A stretch of 52,670 bases of DNA from Chloroflexota bacterium. Its GTDB lineage: Bacteria; Chloroflexota; Dehalococcoidia; Lucifugimonadales; GCA-2717565. Made by a program: the position numbers and the translations under genes. Location of the stretch: positions 1 to 52,670 of the forward strand of contig PBAZ01000020.1 of NCBI GenBank assembly GCA_002717565.1, given 5' to 3'. Shown piece after piece: positions 1 to 6,043 of the stretch; the first letter of the stretch is position 1; each line of letters starts with the position of its first letter. Below the pieces are notes generated by a model that was given only the letters and a program-made list of their open reading frames with translations, searched no databases and had not been told where the DNA came from.

Positions 1-195
1 ATCACTACTCAAGACCTGATAGCCGAGGGGTTCGATGTGAGAGAGGAGGAGTTCGAGGATCACCCCCACCTATTCGTAGCATCAAAGAGAGAGTGGCAAA
101 CGAACCACCGACTGATGCTACGGATGGCCGGATTTGAGTACGCATATTACCGGGTGAAAGAGGGCTACATCCCAGGATGGGCTTACAAGATATAG
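1..195 (+). CDS. hypothetical protein, 3' fragment (5' end outside window)
   Basis: Frame 1 is open from the window edge to TAG at 193-195 (...GYIPGWAYKI*). The next gene starts 10 nt later. Confidence 0.4.
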   Translation: MTTQDLIAEGFDVREEEFEDHPHLFVASKREWQTNHRLMLRMAGFEYAYYRVKEGYIPGWAYKI

Positions 196-205
196 GAGGA
201 TTGAC

Positions 206-526
206 ATGGAAATCTACTACGAACGGACGATAAATTACCTAATCCGCGTAACCCCAGAGACGCTTCTTAAATACGCACGAAATCACCAGATATGGATCGA
301 GTCTCTCTGGGATGAGGACAAGGTTCCTGCCGAGGACAGAACTCATGATCCCCTGTGGCTTGAAGATATTATTGATGAGCTGGTAGAGGGCGAGATGGGC
401 GAAGAGGAGGTAGGGTGGGGACGGGCAAGAGATCCGCACTTCGACCCTGATGCGCCCGACCCCTTCGAAGGTGGCACCATCCAGGAACTGGAAGAGAACC
501 TGAAACAATTCAAAGAGGAGGACTGA
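206..526 (+). CDS. conserved hypothetical protein (acidic C-terminus)
   Basis: 106-aa ORF. The C-terminus GGTIQELEENLKQFKEED matches SSCTIEELEENLKKFKEED of 33408..33752 in segment B. The N-termini are also alike (MEIYYERTINY / MIITYERTVEY). Confidence 0.7.
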   Translation: MEIYYERTINYLIRVTPETLLKYARNHQIWIESLWDEDKVPAEDRTHDPLWLEDIIDELVEGEMGEEEVGWGRARDPHFDPDAPDPFEGGTIQELEENLKQFKEED

Positions 527-527
527 T
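513..527 (+). repeat. 15-bp direct repeat AAGAGGAGGACTGAT, left copy (flanks the Mini-A-like gene)
   Basis: An identical 15-mer occurs at 1403-1417. It contains an SD-like GAGGAGG plus the TGA stop of the upstream gene. Confidence 0.9.
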
Positions 528-1416
528 GAAGATCCAGTACGACGTGATCAACTTTAGAAAAGACAGGCTTGTCCTCATCGACCAAGCCAACGCAATCATT
601 AAGGAATACCAGGACCAAGGGTTTCTGCTCACACTCAGGCAACTGTACTACCAGTTTGTCGCAAGAGACTTGATCGAGAACACGCAACGATCCTACAAGC
701 GACTTGGTTCGGTGATCAACGATGCGAGAATGGCTGGCAAGATTAGCTGGGAGGCAATCGAGGACCGAACCAGGAACCTTCAATCCCTCGCTCACTGGGA
801 CTCACCCAGCCAGATCGTCGGGGCCTGCGCTGATCAATTCCGATTCGACAAGTGGGAGGATCAGGATGTCAGGGTCGAGGTTTGGTGCGAGAAGGAAGCC
901 CTGATCGGAGTCTTCTCTCGCATCTGCGACGAACTCGATGTCCCGTACTTCGCCTGCCGTGGCTACGTCTCGCAGTCGGAGCAGTGGAGGGCTGGGCGGC
1001 GCTTCATGCACTACCACGACCGTGGCCAGCGCCCGGTTGTCTTGCACTTTGGAGACCATGACCCCAGCGGGATCGACATGACACGAGACAACCTCGAACG
1101 ACTGTCGATCTTCGCTGAGAATGATGTTGAAGTCCGGCGACTTGCACTCAACATGGATCAGGTGGAGGAACACCAGCCCCCACCGAACCCGGCCAAGATT
1201 ACGGACGCGAGGTTCAGAAGCTACGCCTCCAAGTACGGGGAGGAGTCGTGGGAACTCGACGCCCTGCAACCGAGCATGTTGGTCGATCTCGTGCGAGGTG
1301 CCGTGGAAAACCTAAGAGACCAGGATCTCTGGGACGAGGCCGTCTCCAGAGAAGAGGAGGCTCGTGACCGCATTCTGGCTATTGCCAACGATATGCACGA
1401 CGAAGAGGAGGACTGA
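526..1416 (+). CDS. Topoisomerase VI subunit A / Spo11-like protein (5Y-CAP + Toprim, 'Mini-A'-type)
   Basis: 296 aa. Motif LTLRQLYYQF resembles the catalytic-Tyr motif of the 5Y-CAP domain. Toprim-like glutamate in VWCEKEALIGVF and DxD in HFGDHDPSGIDM. No ATPase (B-subunit-like) partner gene is seen nearby. Confidence 0.7.
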   Translation: MKIQYDVINFRKDRLVLIDQANAIIKEYQDQGFLLTLRQLYYQFVARDLIENTQRSYKRLGSVINDARMAGKISWEAIEDRTRNLQSLAHWDSPSQIVGACADQFRFDKWEDQDVRVEVWCEKEALIGVFSRICDELDVPYFACRGYVSQSEQWRAGRRFMHYHDRGQRPVVLHFGDHDPSGIDMTRDNLERLSIFAENDVEVRRLALNMDQVEEHQPPPNPAKITDARFRSYASKYGEESWELDALQPSMLVDLVRGAVENLRDQDLWDEAVSREEEARDRILAIANDMHDEEED

Positions 1417-1417
1417 T
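1403..1417 (+). repeat. 15-bp direct repeat AAGAGGAGGACTGAT, right copy
   Basis: Identical to 513-527. It sits at the stop of the Mini-A-like gene, immediately before ATG 1418. Confidence 0.9.
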
Positions 1418-1705
1418 ATGCGAATGAGCAAGAAAGGGATGCGCGACATGGTGGCGTGGGCTATCAAGTGGTCGCTCCACCCAGGGCGTGACGAGGTTAG
1501 TGTAGTCCGCAGGCTGTCGAGCGGAGAGCAGGCGACACTTGCTTGGAATGAGTTTGTAAAAGAGATGAGGAAGACATGGCCCGGACTATCCTTTATCCTT
1601 GCGAGGGACAATGAGGTGGTCTGTACCCTGAAGAACGACCAAGTCTTCTCGATCAAGATCACGATACCAAGGAGCCCACAACAAGATGACCGAAAAGAAA
1701 AATAG
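1418..1705 (+). CDS. conserved hypothetical protein
   Basis: Internal ATG of ORF 1364..1705, preceded by GAGGAGG. MRMSKKGMRDMVAW...QVFSIKITIPRS parallels MSKKLTKAEMAEIAAW...QTFSIKISMPRT of 33752..33973. ATG 1424 is an alternative start. Confidence 0.65.
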   Translation: MRMSKKGMRDMVAWAIKWSLHPGRDEVSVVRRLSSGEQATLAWNEFVKEMRKTWPGLSFILARDNEVVCTLKNDQVFSIKITIPRSPQQDDRKEK

Positions 1706-2090
1706 CCTCTCGCTATCCTTTAGCATAGGCGGCGAGACTTATCAGACCGATGAGGATGACCACTCGGTTGCCCTATTTGTCACAGGAGATGGGTGCAAGT
1801 CCATCGCCCCACTCGCCGTATTGTTCATCCGTGAATACTGGGACAAGAGGCGTGTTCCCATACCGCAGACAATGCTTGTCGATTTCATAGTGTTTCTTGT
1901 GGCAGACCACGGGATACACCACTCTCGACTCAAGCTGTTCCCGTCTACAATGTACGGACCTGAAACAAATATGGGGCACTTTGTGTTCCACACCACGGGG
2001 AGTGCCATCGAACACTACACCGACACACCTTGGCCGGACCTGATCCACCACAAGGACGTCCTGGTCATAGAGGACGACTCGCATAAATAA
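1686..2090 (+). CDS. hypothetical protein
   Basis: 134-aa ORF, co-oriented, with a 20-nt overlap with the upstream gene. No recognisable motif. Confidence 0.5.
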   Translation: MTEKKNSLSLSFSIGGETYQTDEDDHSVALFVTGDGCKSIAPLAVLFIREYWDKRRVPIPQTMLVDFIVFLVADHGIHHSRLKLFPSTMYGPETNMGHFVFHTTGSAIEHYTDTPWPDLIHHKDVLVIEDDSHK

Positions 2091-2096
2091 AAGGTG

Positions 2097-2125
2097 TTGA
2101 CTTCTCAATTAAAGCAGAGTATTTT
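2097..2125 (+). promoter_or_regulatory. sigma70-type promoter candidate TTGACT-N17-TATTTT
   Basis: -35 TTGACT at 2097-2102, 17-nt spacer, -10 TATTTT at 2120-2125. It lies in a 168-nt intergenic gap upstream of 2259..2633. The same hexamers recur at 38176-38203. Confidence 0.5.
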
Positions 2126-2134
2126 GGTTTCGTT

Positions 2135-2195
2135 GCGCTTAAGAAAGCGCTGATGGTCGCTAATATTAGCGAATATATTCGCTAACTTTCGCAAA
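2135..2195. promoter_or_regulatory. operator-like cluster of palindromes and TCGC(T/A)AA half-sites
   Basis: GCGCTT-AAGA-AAGCGC at 2135-2150. Perfect 16-bp palindrome TCGCTAATATTAGCGA at 2157-2172. Overlapping perfect 14-bp palindrome GCGAATATATTCGC at 2169-2182. Further half-sites TTCGCTAA at 2179-2186 and TTCGCAAA at 2188-2195. All lie just downstream of the promoter candidate. Confidence 0.5.
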
Positions 2196-2258
2196 TATTC
2201 TCTCTCTTTTTCTTCTAGGGATCAGGGAGATAACTGGTAGCAAACACAGGAGGTAGCT

Positions 2259-2633
2259 ATGGCTGATTTTGATAAGGGCGCGTTCGCGCAAGAGGCAGAA
2301 CGGAGACGGGCCGCTGGTCTCAAGATCTTTGGTAAGACGTTTCCGGTCAAGGACAGGATTAAGGAAGGCGGTGGGATCTGGGATTCTCGGATGCGGTGCT
2401 GGCTCCTTCCATCAGAGGAGTTCGCGCTCTCTCTTGGAGCAGAGAAGAAGGAGGGGAAACACGGCGTCTACTGGTTGCTCGGAACCCCAAAGGGGCATGG
2501 CGGCAACGGTGGCGCTCCCTCCTCGACACCGCCTGCGGCGATCCCCACACCCGGACAAGACTGTCCGGCGTGTGGAGGCGAGCCGCTGGACGACCAGCTA
2601 TATTGCTGGGAGTGTGGGTATCGGGGCGCGTAA
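2259..2633 (+). CDS. hypothetical protein with C-terminal zinc-ribbon (N-terminal DUF5710-like module, tentative)
   Basis: 124 aa with RBS AGGAGG. The N-terminal FGKTFPVKDRIKEGGGIWDSRMRCWLLP recalls the small KxxAKxxGARWDxxxKxWxxP module. The C-terminal CPACGG...CWECG is a CxxC...CxxC pair. Confidence 0.55.
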   Translation: MADFDKGAFAQEAERRRAAGLKIFGKTFPVKDRIKEGGGIWDSRMRCWLLPSEEFALSLGAEKKEGKHGVYWLLGTPKGHGGNGGAPSSTPPAAIPTPGQDCPACGGEPLDDQLYCWECGYRGA

Positions 2634-2649
2634 TGAACCTCTTTCCTTT

Positions 2650-2772
2650 GGGGCGATTGCACTGTATCGCCCCGAATGACGTGTCACCTACGTAGTGGTG
2701 AGCCATGAGGAAGCAGAGCCTCGGTGTTAGTCCGGGTGCGACCTGGGCCCCAACTCGGGTCGCACTTTTTTT
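2650..2772 (+). promoter_or_regulatory. conserved structured leader / candidate cis-regulatory RNA, copy A
   Basis: 5' hairpin GGGGCGAT/ATCGCCCC (2650-2673). Core 2681-2724 is GTGTCACCTACGTAGTGGTGAGCCATGAGGAAGCAGAGCCTCGG, near-identical to the reverse complement of 28342-28388. A terminator hairpin plus T-run ends at 2772, 22 nt before GTG 2795. Confidence 0.6.
2736..2772 (+). terminator. intrinsic terminator (3' part of leader copy A)
   Basis: Stem GTGCGACC (2736-2743) pairs with GGTCGCAC (2758-2765), followed by TTTTTTT (2766-2772). Confidence 0.65.
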
Positions 2773-2794
2773 ACAACAACGGTGGAGGTAGCAA

Positions 2795-3016
2795 GTGACC
2801 GACGAGCAAGACAAGGTCATCACGTTTGAGTGCGACTACGAGCCCGAACAAATCAGGACGATCCTGATGGCGATGCCGCAACTCTTTGATGCCCTGTTTG
2901 AGATCCTTAGCTGGCACGAGTCAGCCTTGAAGAACCAGCGGGATGCCTTGGCGAGGTTCCCGCTTCAGTCGATAGAAAAATTAGTAGAAGAGTACGAAAA
3001 GGGAGGTAGTAGATGA
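2795..3016 (+). CDS. hypothetical protein
   Basis: 73-aa ORF with a GTG start preceded by GGAGG (2784-2788). ATGA overlap with the next gene. Confidence 0.5.
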   Translation: MTDEQDKVITFECDYEPEQIRTILMAMPQLFDALFEILSWHESALKNQRDALARFPLQSIEKLVEEYEKGGSR

Positions 3017-4014
3017 CCGACATAGTGACAACCGACCCCAGCCAACCCGTGGAGTCGGCGCAACCACCTGTCCCTGAGACGCAACGAGAGCGCTACTGGG
3101 GGGCAGAAGAGATTTACAAGGGTGCTGGGGAGTTAGAAGTGGATGACGCCACCATGGCCATCCTGATGGCTCCTATAGATGAAAGCATGGTGTGCATCCG
3201 GCCCGATGGTATCGTATATCTGCCGTGGGCGTTCTTCGCAGACCGCTTACGCAAGGCGTTCTCCCTCTCGTGGGCACTGGTCGCTGGCGACAAGCCCGTG
3301 CTGGAGGGGAACCAGGTGATCTGGCTCCATCACCTCCGAATCCGGGGGTGCTACGTTGCAAGTGCTTACGGGCAGTGCAATTACCACGCAAACAATCGGG
3401 GCATGAGCTACGGTGACTCCATAGAAGGGGCCAAGTCCGATGCCCTCACTCGGTGCTGCAAGCCGCTCGGCATTGCAGCAGAGCTTTGGGATCCGGCCTT
3501 CATTCGGGAATGGAAGAAGCGGTGGGCAGAGTCTGGCGGTGGTGGATATGGTGGCAAGTGGCGCAAGAAGCGAGCGGAGGATGTCGGCTGGGATCAGGCG
3601 TTCCTGAACCGAATGGAGACAATGAACCGGAAATACTTCAGGCAGAAGGTGGTCGAGGCTCTCCCCGAGGAGGCACCAAGCAAGAAGGCTCTCCCCGAGG
3701 TGGCTCCGGATCGTGCCCCCAACAGCCCGGAACCTGAGCGTGTTTCTGACACCCCTCTGCACCCAAGCGAGTGCGCGGATGACCTACGCAGCCTGAAGAA
3801 ACAAATCAAAACCGAGATGGGGAAGCACGGGATCAAGCGGCAGCAGTGGAGGCAGGCCCTGAAGATAGCCAGCGAGGGTGCAGTCCACGCATTCCCGGAC
3901 CTGGACAAGCTTGGCCTGGATAATGTGAAAGCTCTCCTCGCAGTCTTCGCCCTTTCGGGCGATCAGGTTGCAGAAAAACTGGTGATAGATGCCAACGAGC
4001 CCAACGCAACGTAG
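3013..4014 (+). CDS. Rad52-like single-strand annealing protein (SSAP)
   Basis: 333 aa. ...SAYGQCNYHANNRGMSYGDSIEGAKSDALTRCCKPLGIAAELWD matches the Rad52/Sak-type pattern G..(x)n..E.A.K.A.tDAlkR..k.lGi..eLw. Long low-complexity C-terminal tail. Confidence 0.6.
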   Translation: MTDIVTTDPSQPVESAQPPVPETQRERYWGAEEIYKGAGELEVDDATMAILMAPIDESMVCIRPDGIVYLPWAFFADRLRKAFSLSWALVAGDKPVLEGNQVIWLHHLRIRGCYVASAYGQCNYHANNRGMSYGDSIEGAKSDALTRCCKPLGIAAELWDPAFIREWKKRWAESGGGGYGGKWRKKRAEDVGWDQAFLNRMETMNRKYFRQKVVEALPEEAPSKKALPEVAPDRAPNSPEPERVSDTPLHPSECADDLRSLKKQIKTEMGKHGIKRQQWRQALKIASEGAVHAFPDLDKLGLDNVKALLAVFALSGDQVAEKLVIDANEPNAT

Positions 4015-4465
4015 CTTGGCGCTACTCAGGAAGCAAGGATATGATCTCGTGCAGGTGGTTGAGAAGTGGGTGCCCCAAGCTCGCAAGCGCATCGACCTCT
4101 TCGGGATCATAGACATTGTTGCAATCCGTAAAGACGTTCCTGGAATACTTGGAATCCAAGCTACTTCGATGGCTAATATCTCGCATCGAATCAGAAAGGC
4201 TCAGGAATCGCCTGCTTACCCGCTGTGGTTGGCCAACGGAAACAGATTTGAAGTGTGGGGATGGGGGAAAAGGGGACCGCGAGGAAAACGAAAACTCTGG
4301 TCAGTAAGGGTGGTGAACGATGCCGACATTCACGTATACGGACGACGAACTCCTGGCGATGATCGAGAGGCAGCCACTCCCGATCACGGCGGGGAGATTC
4401 TCGATACTGCTGAACAATCGAATCTCGAAGGACACAGCATACCGAAGACTCAAGGCGATGACTGA
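3989..4465 (+). CDS. Hjc-like / PD-(D/E)xK-type nuclease (putative Holliday junction resolvase)
   Basis: MPTSPTQRSLALLRKQGYDLVQVVEKW...RIDLFGIIDIVAI...GIQATS has archaeal-Hjc-like layout. Homolog at 40017..40433 (MPSASPTQRSLQLMRSEGY...DFLGFIDILCL...GVQSTS). The start is supported by that homolog. Confidence 0.55.
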   Translation: MPTSPTQRSLALLRKQGYDLVQVVEKWVPQARKRIDLFGIIDIVAIRKDVPGILGIQATSMANISHRIRKAQESPAYPLWLANGNRFEVWGWGKRGPRGKRKLWSVRVVNDADIHVYGRRTPGDDREAATPDHGGEILDTAEQSNLEGHSIPKTQGDD

Positions 4466-4613
4466 GAGGGGCAAGCTGTTGTCCCGAAAGATGAGGCATC
4501 GCCATCACAACATAAGACAAGTCACGGTCTACGGAAACGGAGAGCAGATGGCTGCACTGGATAGGGAGGGAATAAATGGTTTGTGGAAAAGAGAGGGGGA
4601 GTGGTATGGTTAA
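4320..4613 (+). CDS. small winged-helix-like DNA-binding protein (tentative)
   Basis: 97 aa. Homolog at 40351..40650 (QPLPITAGRFSILL... vs QPLPLSAKMIRKLL...). Both overlap the 3' end of the resolvase-like gene out of frame. Confidence 0.5.
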   Translation: MPTFTYTDDELLAMIERQPLPITAGRFSILLNNRISKDTAYRRLKAMTERGKLLSRKMRHRHHNIRQVTVYGNGEQMAALDREGINGLWKREGEWYG

Positions 4614-5103
4614 TGGTGCTACCTCAGAGAGCGTAGCGAGTAGAGTGATGTCAGTCCTCCTCCTCGCTGCGCTTTCTATTTTGGGATGCCGAGCACCCGC
4701 GCCAGTACTTGAGGCCGAGGATTTAGCAACCAAGATAGAGAACGAATACGTCTCCGCAGTCCAAACAAGGCTAACCCAGTGGAGGCAAGAGCTGTCGCAC
4801 TCATGGGAGAAAGAGTTGCGATATGTTCTCGAACGAGAGTTGTCCGCTAAAGCCGATGACTCGGGGAAGGTGACCGTCGATGACGTTCTTTCTCTCCTCG
4901 CTCTCCAAGGAGAGGCGAGAGAGAAGAACGTGCAACGTCTGGCCCTTGAGGGAGAAGCTGACCAGGCAGCAACCGCTGGCTGGCGAGAGAGCAGACGCAT
5001 CCGAGATTCTGTCCGGCGATGGATGGAGGCAGGGATGACGCAAGAACAAAAGGACAAGATCTATTCCACTGTACTGGAGGTGGCAAGTGACCGGGAGAGA
5101 TAA
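4606..5103 (+). CDS. putative lipoprotein, conserved in both segments
   Basis: Signal-like ...RVMSVLLLAALSILGC followed by RAPAPVLEAEDLA. The segment B homolog has ...LALLLLPSC followed by QAPAPIIEAQDLA. The start is chosen at ATG 4606 after GGGGGAG; 4576 and 4648 are alternatives. Confidence 0.55.
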   Translation: MVNGATSESVASRVMSVLLLAALSILGCRAPAPVLEAEDLATKIENEYVSAVQTRLTQWRQELSHSWEKELRYVLERELSAKADDSGKVTVDDVLSLLALQGEAREKNVQRLALEGEADQAATAGWRESRRIRDSVRRWMEAGMTQEQKDKIYSTVLEVASDRER

Positions 5104-5383
5104 GCAAAAGATTCGGGCAAACGTGAAGCGAATCTTAATCGAGATAGACAAGGCCGCTCGTGCGGTCGAGGAAAGTGATTCTCCCTTCGACGCAGTAGGA
5201 TCGACAGATGCTCGATTCATATCCGCAGAAGGGGCCTACAAGACAATGTTAGAGGAGGTGAATTGGGAACAAGTTTCTACCGTTATCAACACGATAAATG
5301 AACGTAACTGGCGCGACGAGGAGTATGCGAAAATCCTCACGGCCATGGTGGCTTGCGCCAGCAAGATCGCAGCAATCGCATAA
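5087..5383 (+). CDS. conserved hypothetical protein
   Basis: 98 aa. C-terminal ...NERNWRDEEYAKILTAMVA parallels ...ESRTWADEEYAKAAAFLVQ of 41094..41408. Confidence 0.6.
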   Translation: MTGRDKQKIRANVKRILIEIDKAARAVEESDSPFDAVGSTDARFISAEGAYKTMLEEVNWEQVSTVINTINERNWRDEEYAKILTAMVACASKIAAIA

Positions 5384-5401
5384 ACAAGGAGAGGTAGCAA
5401 G

Positions 5402-5977
5402 ATGATTAAGCGTTTTAAGATTGAGATTACGGGGACGACCCCACTGATCTGCAACAGGTTCACTGATGAGGCTTCGCTTGCGGCAGGCTCCAGCGAACGG
5501 GGGGCGGTGACCCTCTCAGAGATGACTCCCATGGAGGAGTCGGAGACGAAGCTCTACAAGAACGAGGATGGAAGCCTGATGATTCCAGGTGCCAACCTCA
5601 TGGCTTGCGTGACGGAGGGCGGCAAGTTCTTCAAGATCGGGAAGAACAAAGTCACCACACTGAAGACCAGCATGGTCTCTGGGGCCGTGATGATGGAGAC
5701 CGTAACCATCCCGCTCCAGTCCAGAGAGGGGTGGACAGTGGACACTCGTCCCGTCCGAATCCCTACCACTGGCGGGAGAATCCCCAGGCACCGACCGATC
5801 TTCAACGATTGGGTGCTGGCATTCGAGTGCGAACTCGATGCGTCCCTCATCTCCCCCAAGATGTTTCGAGAGATCGTTGACGCCGCCGGAAAACGGATCG
5901 GCCTCGGTGATTTCCGTCCAGCTTGCAAGGGGATGTACGGGAAGTTCAAAGTAACCAAATGGGAGAACGGAGCGTAA
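5402..5977 (+). CDS. hypothetical protein (weak RAMP/RRM-like features, unverified)
   Basis: 191 aa with RBS AGGAGAGG. Strings FKIEITGTTPLICNRF, LMIPGANLMACV and the glycine-rich IGLGDFRPACKGMYGKFKV are noted. No counterpart in segment B. Lies 67 nt upstream of the pentamer array. Confidence 0.6.
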   Translation: MIKRFKIEITGTTPLICNRFTDEASLAAGSSERGAVTLSEMTPMEESETKLYKNEDGSLMIPGANLMACVTEGGKFFKIGKNKVTTLKTSMVSGAVMMETVTIPLQSREGWTVDTRPVRIPTTGGRIPRHRPIFNDWVLAFECELDASLISPKMFREIVDAAGKRIGLGDFRPACKGMYGKFKVTKWENGA

Positions 5978-6043
5978 GCTCCGGGCACGTAGCGCCCGGC
6001 CACAGGCTGGGCGCTTCATGCCATGACTCCAAAGATCTATTAC

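Noticed and set aside
2681-2724. Possible c-di-GMP-I (GEMM-I) riboswitch, because AGCAGAGCCTCCGG resembles the ACGCAAAGCCUCCGG segment of the Vc2 aptamer as I remember it
   Set aside because: The upstream GGCAAA / GNRA-tetraloop part of GEMM-I is not evident, and the spacing differs. The resemblance covers only about 13 nt and comes from memory. It is kept only as a suggestion to run Rfam models.
4191-5057. 288-aa - strand ORF
   Set aside because: It is antisense to three + strand genes that are conserved in segment B. It is Ser/Arg-rich shadow-frame composition, typical of a GC-rich antisense frame.
5981-5999. Hairpin CCGGGC-ACGTAGC-GCCCGG right after 5402..5977 as a terminator
   Set aside because: It has a 6-bp stem only and no T-run. 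The downstream array and gene are probably co-transcribed.
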